64,000 nt of DNA, taken from the IMG/VR virus record IMGVR_UViG_3300031088_000735; one strand, 5' to 3'. The notes below the pieces were generated by a model that did no database searches, was not told the DNA's origin, and saw only the letters and a program-made list of their open reading frames with translations. This DNA is from a virus (lineage: Duplodnaviria; Heunggongvirae; Uroviricota; Caudoviricetes). The stretch's first letter is position 1. Every line of letters starts with the position of its first letter. Position numbers and translations under genes: made by a program. Of this stretch, positions 9,125-17,821 are shown in pieces.

Positions 9125-9147
9125 TCCAGCTAATCAATGTCAGGAGA

Positions 9148-9912
9148 TTGACTATGCTTCGTAATGTGACTATTCAAGGCAGATACATTGAAGGCACTTG
9201 GCTCTTGCTGGAAAATTTCAGTGAGCTGACCGAGTATATGGAATTCACCTCTGGTCGAGTGGTCGCACAAATCACTCGCCTGCTGAAAAGCAAGGTTGGC
9301 CCAGAACGGTGGGATCACATGATCACTCGCACTCCAGAAGGTGGCATTCTGGCAGCGGCTATCATGTATTGCCAGACACATGGCAAAAGCCCACTGCTTG
9401 AAATGGATGGTATCATTCAGCAAAAGTACCTCAACATGGCCGATAAAATTGCCAAAGGTCAAAAGCTGCTGGTAAACCCTTTGGGCGGTTATTGCTCAAT
9501 GGGTGATGATGTGGTTATTCTGTCCGAAACGGCCTTTGAAACGGCGTTTCAGTTGACCTACACTATCAATAAAAACACCCAGTATATCAATCTGGAAAAT
9601 GATCCAGAACTGGAAGAACGCACACGTCAGTATTTGGGAGAACGAGATCCGAATTACTCTCATATCTTGAACCTGCATAAATTCAGCAAAAAGGATTTGG
9701 TATCAGTCTTTACCGAATTCAAAGAAAACGGCGGCTCCATTGTTCACGTCTACACGACTGGCACTAATGTGCCACAAATGTATGAATACTTTGAAGCGGC
9801 CAAAGAAGCTGGGTTGAATGACTTTGTGTTTGAGTTCAATTCAGGCACTGAAAACGGCATTGATGATTTCATCAAGCACATTACACCACTCTGTAATCTT
9901 GTTTTGGTTTAA
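9148..9912 (+). CDS. hypothetical protein (254 aa)
   Basis: RBS aggag; terminator at about 9925-9955. Confidence 0.55.
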   Translation: MTMLRNVTIQGRYIEGTWLLLENFSELTEYMEFTSGRVVAQITRLLKSKVGPERWDHMITRTPEGGILAAAIMYCQTHGKSPLLEMDGIIQQKYLNMADKIAKGQKLLVNPLGGYCSMGDDVVILSETAFETAFQLTYTINKNTQYINLENDPELEERTRQYLGERDPNYSHILNLHKFSKKDLVSVFTEFKENGGSIVHVYTTGTNVPQMYEYFEAAKEAGLNDFVFEFNSGTENGIDDFIKHITPLCNLVLV

Positions 9913-10011
9913 GTTATAGAACGGAAAAAAGTCCCTATTTATGGGGCTTTTTTGTTGCTTCACTTTCCTTATTTCTGTATAATGAGCTTATATTCCTAGG
10001 AGACTTTATCA

Positions 10012-10596
10012 ATGACCATGACCGCTATCGAACTTCGCAAAGACCTCCTGATTTGGGTGGATCTTGAAACGACTGGGTTGGATATCGCTGACAAGTTGTC
10101 CGGTGCTCAGTATCACAAAATTCTGGAAGTTGGTATTCACATTACCGACTCTAAATTCAACATCATTGATGAAGGCTTTGAAGTTGTTATTCATCATGAC
10201 GTTGAAGAAGCCAAAACACTGACCAACGATTACGTTCGCAACATGCACATTACCAGTGGCTTGTGGGATCGTGTTGATCAATCGACAGTTTCACTTGAAC
10301 AAGCAGAAGAACTGATGTTGGCTTACATTTCCAAGTTCAACATTGCTCCAAAGTCCAGCCCGATTTGTGGCAACAGCGTTTCACTGGATCGCAATTTCAT
10401 TATGGCTCAAATGCCAAAATTTGCTGACGTGCTGCATTATCGTATCATTGATGTGAGCACCATTAAAGAAATCGTATGGCGGGTAAAACCAGAAGTGGGG
10501 GCGATGGTGAAAAAGCAAGAAAAACATCGCGGCCTTGAAGACATTAAAGAGTCGATTGCCGAATACAAGGTTTACGAAGAGTTCTTTTTTCGTTAA
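10012..10596 (+). CDS. orn: oligoribonuclease (DEDDh 3'-5' exonuclease)
   Basis: LIWVDLETTGLD, SPICGNSVSLDRNFI and YRIIDVSTIKE match the three Exo motifs of E. coli Orn almost residue for residue. RBS aggag. Confidence 0.8.
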   Translation: MTMTAIELRKDLLIWVDLETTGLDIADKLSGAQYHKILEVGIHITDSKFNIIDEGFEVVIHHDVEEAKTLTNDYVRNMHITSGLWDRVDQSTVSLEQAEELMLAYISKFNIAPKSSPICGNSVSLDRNFIMAQMPKFADVLHYRIIDVSTIKEIVWRVKPEVGAMVKKQEKHRGLEDIKESIAEYKVYEEFFFR

Positions 10597-10728
10597 GTCT
10601 TTTAAGTAGTAACTAAGAGCCTCTTAGGAGGCTTTTTTATTGTTTATTTTTAGTGTGTTTCTCATTAAAGCTTTGTTTTTAAATACTTTTATGCTATAAT
10701 CTCTTCATTATTTAAAGAGGCTTTACTC

Positions 10729-11181
10729 ATGAAAGAACATCAAAACCTGACCACTGCTACCAACATCTATGCTTGCATGGTCAACATCAATAAACTGAAA
10801 CGCTCTCTGGAAACCAGTCCAGAAGGGTTCATTGAACGCCTGACCTCCCTGCTACCAGACAGTGCGGAAGATCTGGTAAAAGCGGATCTGGAAGAAGTGG
10901 CAGAAGCTTACATTTCTGATCCTTGCAATGAACACCTGCAGAACCTGATTGAATTCATCATGGAACTGGATCATGTCATTGTTTTTGACAAAGTGGCTCT
11001 TGAATCCAGTGAAATTGAAAAGTTGGCTGACCATGCTGTTAGCACCTTTCTGGATGATGAATGCCCGCGTGATGTTGCATTGAGCGTATCTCGCGTAGAA
11101 CATCAGTTTAAAGGTAATGAAGCTGCTATTAAAGCCGCTACCGCCGCCTTTGAAGCCTCACTTCGCCAAAAGTTCATGTAA
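10729..11181 (+). CDS. hypothetical acidic protein
   Basis: 150-aa ORF; promoter atgctataat upstream. Confidence 0.5.
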   Translation: MKEHQNLTTATNIYACMVNINKLKRSLETSPEGFIERLTSLLPDSAEDLVKADLEEVAEAYISDPCNEHLQNLIEFIMELDHVIVFDKVALESSEIEKLADHAVSTFLDDECPRDVALSVSRVEHQFKGNEAAIKAATAAFEASLRQKFM

Positions 11182-11298
11182 CAAAGTAACAAAAAACATT
11201 TCTATAAAAGTCACTTCGGTGGCTTTTTTGTTTGTGGTAAAACTTGTTTTCAATTCCTATTTTTGGTATAATACGTTATCAAACCAAACAGGTGATTT

Positions 11299-11589
11299 AT
11301 GAGTGAATCTTTCGAATTTCCAATGTTGACCGAAGCTGAATACGAAGGCATGAGCCTGTTGCGTACACAGTTGTCGATTTCGATTGATCGAATCGAAGCT
11401 AAATCTTATGTTGATTGCATGAGAACGGTTGTCCCCGGTCGTGCTATTTTCAACAAGCTGATCAAAAAAGAATTGTGCTACGAAACCATTGAAGATCCAA
11501 TGGAAGATGGTACCGAGTTTACGCCTACCATTGACTTGACTGATAAAGGTGTGGCAATGTGCCATGTTCTTGAAAAATATGTAAAATAA
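11299..11589 (+). CDS. hypothetical protein
   Basis: Promoter tggtataat upstream; RBS aggtga. Confidence 0.5.
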   Translation: MSESFEFPMLTEAEYEGMSLLRTQLSISIDRIEAKSYVDCMRTVVPGRAIFNKLIKKELCYETIEDPMEDGTEFTPTIDLTDKGVAMCHVLEKYVK

Positions 11590-11701
11590 TGGAAAAATAA
11601 TTCCATTTAAATGTTTTGTTTAAAAATATCATTTTTGCTATTTACTTAATGCATTTTTTATTGTATAATAAAAGCTAATTAAACAAAGGTGCGATATCAT
11701 T

Positions 11702-11833
11702 ATGCAAGGTTCATTTGGTGATGCAACAGAACGTTTTCGTGGTGGAAAGAAAAAAGACAACGAGCAAGCGAAGTATCATAAAAAAGATCAAGATTTCCGC
11801 AAAAAACGCCGAAATCGTCATGAAAAAGAATAA
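11702..11833 (+). CDS. small highly basic protein (43 aa), copy 1 (MQGSFGDATERFRGGKKKDNEQAKYHKKDQDFRKKRRNRHEKE)
   Basis: Below the 60-aa cutoff of the ORF track. Promoter ttgtataat; RBS aaaggtg. Near-identical paralog at 59181..59315. Confidence 0.45.
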   Translation: MQGSFGDATERFRGGKKKDNEQAKYHKKDQDFRKKRRNRHEKE

Positions 11834-11846
11834 TTAATCTTTCTAT

Positions 11847-11919
11847 GGCTGTTTGTAGTTCCGTTGGTAGAACGCTGTCGAAAAACAGTAGTCGTGGGTT
11901 CGAACCCCATCATACAGCC
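11847..11919 (+). ncRNA. tRNA-like element / degenerate tRNA (73 nt)
   Basis: Canonical T-arm gtggg-TTCGAAC-cccat; D-arm gttc-cgttggta-gaac. Acceptor stem is 9 bp (ggctgtttg/catacagcc) and the anticodon stem ctgt/acag closes a 6-nt loop, so it is not a functional canonical tRNA. Followed by the terminator at 11931-11957. Confidence 0.4.
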
Positions 11920-11930
11920 GCTTACACATT

Positions 11931-11957
11931 AAAACCACTTTCGAGTGGTTTTTTTAT
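11931..11957 (+). terminator. rho-independent terminator (recurring family)
   Basis: aaaaccactttcgagtggtttttttt. Near-identical hairpins at 37986-38009 and 38771-38797. Confidence 0.6.
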
Positions 11958-12110
11958 GCCTTTTTTTCATTACTTAATAATAATTATTCTTATCTTTTTT
12001 GACTTCTGGCATTGATGTGTTATTCTATTCAATACTTTAACTCATTAAATGAAACAACTAATACAATCTAGATTGTGTTATCAACAACTAAACATTAGGA
12101 GAATTAAATA

Positions 12111-12422
12111 ATGAAAAAGTTTATGTTTGCAAGTTTACTTGCTATCCCATTAACGGCTGCTGTTGTACTCGCTAATACAACAAACGTTATTCAAACGCGA
12201 AATGAACAATTAGCGGAACTTGTTAAAGATTCATTTTATGATGATGTTCACCGCTTAAACTTATCGCCTGAACAGTATGCTATCATCGTTAAAAAAATTA
12301 GAACCAACCATGATGGATTAACGAGTGAGATCAAAGAAGTACTTAATGATGATCAAAAAGAGACGTTTTCTACGATTATGGAAGAAAAGAAATCCGCTAT
12401 GGGCGATCAAGTGGGTTTTTAA
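12111..12422 (+). CDS. small secreted/periplasmic protein
   Basis: Signal peptide MKKFMFASLLAIPLTAAVVLA; RBS aggag; AT-rich context. Confidence 0.5.
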   Translation: MKKFMFASLLAIPLTAAVVLANTTNVIQTRNEQLAELVKDSFYDDVHRLNLSPEQYAIIVKKIRTNHDGLTSEIKEVLNDDQKETFSTIMEEKKSAMGDQVGF

Positions 12423-12586
12423 CCGTCAATAAGTTGGCATTTTTATTTTTTTGATTTTCTTTTAAATAACAGATATTTATAACAATATCTTTTTTTAGAT
12501 GAGTTTTATATTTGTAGGTTACTCTTGCCTTTTGTCTTTTATACTATTTAATTAAAAATAAACAGTTCATTATTTTTGAGGTAAAA

Positions 12587-13345
12587 ATGACAAAAAAATG
12601 TATTTTAGCGTTAGTTGCTTTGTCCAGTTTAATCAGTCTAGCCCATGCCGATTATCAAATTAGAATTCCTATTCAACATGCTATAAATTTCAATTCAGCC
12701 ACTTCAGGTGGAGGCAATAATGGTGGTACCGGAGGCGGCTCGGGTGGTGGCGGTCTTACGTTTACTGACCCTGATGTGTTGGCAGCATATGAAGCCAAAT
12801 GTGGCAGTTTCCCTAACAAAATAAATCCTTTAGCTGATCCTATACGAGACTATGATATTAGTTGTGGTGATTATTCAAACAGAGATCTTTCTGGTTATGT
12901 TCTTGATTCTACTGGTATGCTTTTTACTAATTTTGCTAATTCAATATTAGATGGAGCTATATTAGGTAACTCTAACTTAACAAATAGTAATTTATCAGGA
13001 GCATCATTAGTCGGCACACAGTTTACTGTAAATGGTAATAGCACTGCATTAACGAATGCAGATGTTAGTAATGCTAATTTAACAAATGCTTACTTAGATA
13101 TGTCATATTTAGAAAAAACAAATTTCACTAACTCTAATTTAACAGGAGCGATATTAACCAATACTGCATTTATTGATACGAATTTAACTAATGCTAATTT
13201 AATTGGTGCAGATCTTAGTAATAGTATTTTTACTAATGTTGACTTTACGAATATCTTATATGATGAAACAACAAAGTGGCCTTCATGGATGTCACCATTA
13301 CCTCCACAATCTAGAAATGGATATCAATTCACACCTCAGTGGTAA
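12587..13345 (+). CDS. secreted pentapeptide-repeat protein
   Basis: Signal peptide MTKKCILALVALSSLISLAHA, then a Gly-rich linker (GGGNNGGTGGGSGGGG), then about 25 tandem pentapeptides (NSNLT GAILT NTAFI DTNLT NANLI GADLS ...). Confidence 0.65.
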   Translation: MTKKCILALVALSSLISLAHADYQIRIPIQHAINFNSATSGGGNNGGTGGGSGGGGLTFTDPDVLAAYEAKCGSFPNKINPLADPIRDYDISCGDYSNRDLSGYVLDSTGMLFTNFANSILDGAILGNSNLTNSNLSGASLVGTQFTVNGNSTALTNADVSNANLTNAYLDMSYLEKTNFTNSNLTGAILTNTAFIDTNLTNANLIGADLSNSIFTNVDFTNILYDETTKWPSWMSPLPPQSRNGYQFTPQW

Positions 13346-13524
13346 TAAAAAAACTTGACAAAATAGAAAAAATGTTATCGAAAACAACAACCAAAATGGT
13401 TGAATTTCGGATTTTCAACCATATTAGATAAGGCATTTTAACTAAATGTCTTATTTTTTTGTCTTCAGTTGCCTTGTAGTATATTTTCGGCTAAAATATT
13501 TTTAAATTAACTTGAGGCTTTCTA

Positions 13525-13980
13525 ATGATTTTAACTATCGAACTTGTACCTAAAACTTGTTGGTTTTCAAATTTAAGGGATCACCTCACAGAAGCCCAAT
13601 GGAAAGAAGTGAAGCAGTCAACATTCAAAGCGGCTGACAATCGTTGTGAAATTTGTAATGGGGTTGGCGATAAATGGCCGGTAGAATGTCATGAAGTGTG
13701 GGAGTATGATGATACCAAGAAGATCCAAAGGCTAGCTAGAACGGTGGCTCTTTGTCCGTCTTGTCACCAAGTCAAGCATATTGGCATGGCAATGGTCACT
13801 GGTCGCTATGATCATGCTAAATCCCACTTCTCAGCCATCAATAAAATTCCTATGAAGCAAACTGAACGTTATATTGAGAAAGCTTTCAACTTGTTTAATG
13901 ACCGCTCAAAACATCAATGGACATTAGATATAACTTGGATTAATGACCGCTATGGTTTTAAAATAAAAGAAAAACGATGA
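13525..13980 (+). CDS. HNH-family (zinc-finger) endonuclease
   Basis: CEICNG...HEVWEY...CPSCHQVKH arrangement (CxxC...H...CxxCH). Confidence 0.5.
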   Translation: MILTIELVPKTCWFSNLRDHLTEAQWKEVKQSTFKAADNRCEICNGVGDKWPVECHEVWEYDDTKKIQRLARTVALCPSCHQVKHIGMAMVTGRYDHAKSHFSAINKIPMKQTERYIEKAFNLFNDRSKHQWTLDITWINDRYGFKIKEKR

Positions 13981-14044
13981 ATAAAACACTTGTCAGAAAT
14001 CTTCTTTTTTGATAAACTACATTCATCAATCAATAGGTGATTTT

Positions 14045-14278
14045 ATGACTATACGCTCTCGTTCCGAAATGGCTCGAAAAATTCAAATCGATCTTAAAGG
14101 CCCAGAAGGAAATGCCTTTGATCTGATTGCGACGGCTGAAAGTATTGGTAAACAGTTAAAAGTCCCGAAAGAAGAACGTGAAGCCATTCGAAAAGACATG
14201 ATGTCGAGCGATTATGACCATCTGGTGGCTACACTGGAAAAGCATTATGGTGATTTCATTGACATTTACGAAGCCTAA
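14045..14278 (+). CDS. hypothetical protein
   Basis: RBS aggtga before ATG 14045. Confidence 0.45.
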   Translation: MTIRSRSEMARKIQIDLKGPEGNAFDLIATAESIGKQLKVPKEEREAIRKDMMSSDYDHLVATLEKHYGDFIDIYEA

Positions 14279-14376
14279 TCAAGTTTTGTGGTTGGTTTTC
14301 ATGATAAATTGATAGCCACCTCCATAAAACTCTGTTATAATACGTCTACACAAACAGAACCAGCAAGGGTTTAATC

Positions 14377-14700
14377 ATGTTTCCTACCACAATCATTACT
14401 GCCGATGTCATTAACGTTGATTACGACTCAGCTAAGTTCGTGGTTGATGGTAAAAATGGTCAAGAAGAAGTGGCTACTCGCTTTTTCTGCACTATCCTTG
14501 TCCGTGGTGGTTTCATCTTCCGTCATACCAGTCAACTGCTGGATGAAGCTACGGCGTCTAACGTCACAGAAAAAATTTACAACCATATCTTCAAAGACAA
14601 AGCTGATGTCAACATGAAATTTTGGCAAGAATACCAATCAACACCAAGCACACCACTTCTTGAAAAAATGCAGCTTGAAGCTCACCTCGAAACTGTGTAA
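14377..14700 (+). CDS. hypothetical protein
   Basis: Promoter tgttataat at about 14330. Confidence 0.5.
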   Translation: MFPTTIITADVINVDYDSAKFVVDGKNGQEEVATRFFCTILVRGGFIFRHTSQLLDEATASNVTEKIYNHIFKDKADVNMKFWQEYQSTPSTPLLEKMQLEAHLETV

Positions 14701-14752
14701 ACTACCATTTCTTTGGGAGTATCCCACTTCCTACTCTTTTTTAAGGATTTAA

Positions 14753-15151
14753 ATGACACAAATTACTCAACTTGAACACGAGGTTATTTCCAGCATTGCT
14801 AAACTGGGATATCGTTCGGTTAAGGCTTCCGAAATCCATACCATTTCGGATATTATCAAAAAAGCACAAGTCAATGCTGTCCTTTTGAATCTGAAACGAA
14901 AAGGCATGGTTACAGTGCTGGCTGATGGCGTCACTTCGTTGACTGTTCATGGTATGAATTCGTTCAACACTCAGCATGGTGATGTGGTTTATTCGTCTGT
15001 TCAAAAAGAACACAATGCTAAAATGCTCTTTGGACGACCGATGAGCAGTTCTGAACTTACATTTGTGAACAATTGCATTGAATTGCGTAACCAATCAGTT
15101 AATACTGGCCGCACTATCGTAAAAATTAAGAATTGGCTGAAATGCCGTTGA
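14753..15151 (+). CDS. hypothetical protein, possible winged-helix DNA binder
   Basis: N-terminal ISSIAKLGYRSVKASEIHTISDIIKKAQVNAVLLNLKRKGMV looks HTH-like; weak evidence. Confidence 0.45.
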   Translation: MTQITQLEHEVISSIAKLGYRSVKASEIHTISDIIKKAQVNAVLLNLKRKGMVTVLADGVTSLTVHGMNSFNTQHGDVVYSSVQKEHNAKMLFGRPMSSSELTFVNNCIELRNQSVNTGRTIVKIKNWLKCR

Positions 15152-15280
15152 TTTAATAAATATGTATAAAAAATAGAAGCTTCGGCTTCTTTTTTTTTAT
15201 CTTTTTAAAAGTGTTTTTTAATTGACAGTATATAAAATTACTTGTATTATAATATTAAAAACAATAATAATAAATTAATC

Positions 15281-16225
15281 ATGAACGTCAAAAAAATAAT
15301 CTTGCTTCCTATTCTTTCATTGGTAGGTGTTTGCTCTTTCGCAGAATACCAAATTCAGTATCCCAATGTGCCTGTTGTATTTAAAGATTTAGGTAAGTGG
15401 GTTTCAACTGATCCCGTTGTTACAAACTGGGTGAATGTGGGGAATCCAAATGATTGTACCAGTGCTAGCCCACTCGAAAATACACAACAACTTGGTGTTA
15501 CTTATGTAAAGACGTTCTCAGGTTGTAAGCAATCACAAGAAAGAACTGTTATCACCTCTCAGAAACATACCGTTTCAGGAGCTGTTCGTAATGTCGTCAA
15601 CACGAAAGAAACCCAGATCTTGTCAAATGCTTCGTATACTGTTAATGCTGTAGGCACCACTGATTTTGGTCAGTGGATTCAAACTGCACCTGTTTACAGT
15701 GGTTGGAGAAACTTAGAAGCACCACATGATTGCACCAGTGCTGCACCTTTGGAAAACACACAAACGGCTGGCAGTTCATATCAAAAAGTCTTTGCGGGAT
15801 GTAAGCAAAATCAAGAACGTGATGTGACGACATCTGAGAAAAACTCTATTACTGGCGTTGTCCGTAACACTCAAACCACGAAAGAAACTCAGACACTAAC
15901 CGATGTTACTTATACTGTTACTGCCATAGGTACAAAAGTTGTGAAAGAGTGTGGTTATTCTGCCGCCACTGGAGCTTTCGCTAGATGGTATGATATTGCT
16001 ACATATGATGGTTATACCAATACTTATGGTATGGGATTACAATGGGCTGGTGCTACGCTTGTTAACACTGCAAACAGTAGTAAAACTTATCCAAAAGCAG
16101 CAAACGTTGTTAATGGTGGGTATATTTATACACGCGGTGCCTTTAAAGAAAAAGGAACTCATAATGATAATATCCGCACCTATTACTACTATTATGAAGT
16201 ATGTAGAGAGCCAGTAACACCATAA
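15281..16225 (+). CDS. secreted protein with two tandem ~88-aa two-cysteine repeats
   Basis: Signal peptide MNVKKIILLPILSLVGVCSFA. Repeats W..T.PV...W.N...P.DCTSA.PLENTQ..G..Y.K.F.GCKQ.QER.V.TS.K...G.VRN...TKETQ.L....YTV.A.GT. Confidence 0.6.
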   Translation: MNVKKIILLPILSLVGVCSFAEYQIQYPNVPVVFKDLGKWVSTDPVVTNWVNVGNPNDCTSASPLENTQQLGVTYVKTFSGCKQSQERTVITSQKHTVSGAVRNVVNTKETQILSNASYTVNAVGTTDFGQWIQTAPVYSGWRNLEAPHDCTSAAPLENTQTAGSSYQKVFAGCKQNQERDVTTSEKNSITGVVRNTQTTKETQTLTDVTYTVTAIGTKVVKECGYSAATGAFARWYDIATYDGYTNTYGMGLQWAGATLVNTANSSKTYPKAANVVNGGYIYTRGAFKEKGTHNDNIRTYYYYYEVCREPVTP

Positions 16226-16352
16226 TCAAAAAACAAAAAGAGGCTTAGGCTTCTTTTTTGTTGCCTAAAATATGGTTTTTGTGTATAATATCTTAACGAA
16301 AAAGATTATAGACACTTCCTAAAAAGCACACTTTTAAAACGGGATATTGACC

Positions 16353-16853
16353 ATGAACCAGCCGACCGAAGAATACAGCAACATCCAGCAGAATGTGCTT
16401 AGTCACCTTCGTCGCAAAGGGTACTATACCCAGCCTTCTGTTCGTGCTTATCCTGTTACCATTCAAGTCCTCAAAGATTTGATTGCCAAAGGCTTGGTTA
16501 CAGAAAGTGAACAATATACAGGTAGCACTCGCTTGTTCAAGTCTACTGACAGCATGTTGTCCACAGTGGTGGTTCGTAAGCAGTTTGCTCAAAACCTCAA
16601 AGTAGGTAATCATTTTGGTCACTCTGGCAAATTCGTTGCCGAAGTGAATGAACGCTTTGATGAAGTCAACAACAACAGTTTTGTAAAAGTCGGTGTTGTG
16701 TCGTTGGTTGAAGTCAAATACATTCCTAAAAACTTCTGGGAAAAGCTGCGTGGGCATAAAACTGAGCAAGCCGTATTTATCACTTTGACTGATGGTCGCG
16801 TCATTAAGACCTTTTACAACAACATCTATCAAGTCATTCGCACGCATCCTTAA
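16353..16853 (+). CDS. hypothetical protein
   Basis: Promoter tgtgtataat at 16272-16295. Confidence 0.5.
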   Translation: MNQPTEEYSNIQQNVLSHLRRKGYYTQPSVRAYPVTIQVLKDLIAKGLVTESEQYTGSTRLFKSTDSMLSTVVVRKQFAQNLKVGNHFGHSGKFVAEVNERFDEVNNNSFVKVGVVSLVEVKYIPKNFWEKLRGHKTEQAVFITLTDGRVIKTFYNNIYQVIRTHP

Positions 16854-16920
16854 CAAAAAGCTTGTCCAATAATCAGTTTTTTGCTAATATAGCGTTATTA
16901 AATCAAGGAGTTACAAAAAT

Positions 16921-17325
16921 ATGCATCCAGTAGACGCCCAACTCATTCAAGACCACGGCGATGTTTCCGATGACTACGAAACTTGGGTTTCCAGTAACGG
17001 AGTTGACAACTTCGTAAAAACCGAATTTACGTGCGGCAATTGCTTCCTGCTTGCTCTTGCACTCCACTACAAAACCAAGTGGCCTATCAAGGCGAAAATG
17101 GTTGATGGTGATGTGATTCACTGCTATGTTATCAACGATGATGGTAAAGCCGTCGATATTTATGGTGTGCGTCCTACCGAACAAGCCCCAACTCGCTATG
17201 ACAGCAATATTGATGAACCTTTTGTTGTGAGCGATGTTCGACCCGAAACCCCGTGGCCTGCTAACAAAGATTATCAGTGGGCCGAAGAACTGGTATCGAA
17301 ATTCCCGCAACACTTTGGCTTGTAA
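16921..17325 (+). CDS. hypothetical protein
   Basis: RBS aaggag. Confidence 0.5.
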   Translation: MHPVDAQLIQDHGDVSDDYETWVSSNGVDNFVKTEFTCGNCFLLALALHYKTKWPIKAKMVDGDVIHCYVINDDGKAVDIYGVRPTEQAPTRYDSNIDEPFVVSDVRPETPWPANKDYQWAEELVSKFPQHFGL

Positions 17326-17457
17326 TACCTGCACTATCAAACACGCCTTTCGAGGCGTTTTCTTCCTCAAAAAAATATTGAAATATTTGAAATAATTGTT
17401 GTTTGTACCTAGTCTCTTAGGTATAATTTTCACATTAACTAAAACGGAATAAAGACT

Positions 17458-17730
17458 ATGCAAATCACTGTTAAATTCAAAGAAACTGCTGAGCAAACCA
17501 AACTTAAATCCATCAAGGTTTCTAGCGATCAGTTCCATGAACTTTCTGACACCCAGCAAATCATGGTGGATATCCGTCAATTGGTGTTGAAGAACGTTGA
17601 TAAAACCATTCCTGATTACGCTGACAAACTGGTGATTGAAGATCTCGAATCTTCGGCCAACAAAATTCGATTGCACTTCTTGGATATGCGTCAATCTATG
17701 AGCCAAGAAGACACCAGCGATTATATGTAA
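17458..17730 (+). CDS. hypothetical protein
   Basis: Promoter aggtataat upstream. Confidence 0.5.
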   Translation: MQITVKFKETAEQTKLKSIKVSSDQFHELSDTQQIMVDIRQLVLKNVDKTIPDYADKLVIEDLESSANKIRLHFLDMRQSMSQEDTSDYM

Positions 17731-17821
17731 GTCATTTGCTAAATGCTTGTCAAGAAAGTGAGCTGATGTTATAATTGTCTCACTTTTTAGCTTCAGTCTC
17801 TTATTAAATTAAAGGTGACCT

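Noticed and set aside
9148-9912. Possible phosphoribosyltransferase (LLVNPLGGYCSMGDDVVILSE)
   Set aside because: Resembles a PRPP-binding loop only loosely and lacks the canonical hydrophobic-x4-(D/E)D-hydrophobic-(T/S)G(G/A)T pattern, so it is left as hypothetical.
16903-17706. 267-aa minus-strand ORF
   Set aside because: Completely overlapped by two + strand genes (16921..17325, 17458..17730) that have promoters, RBSs and terminators. The minus ORF has no RBS and is a typical antisense shadow ORF in AT-rich DNA.
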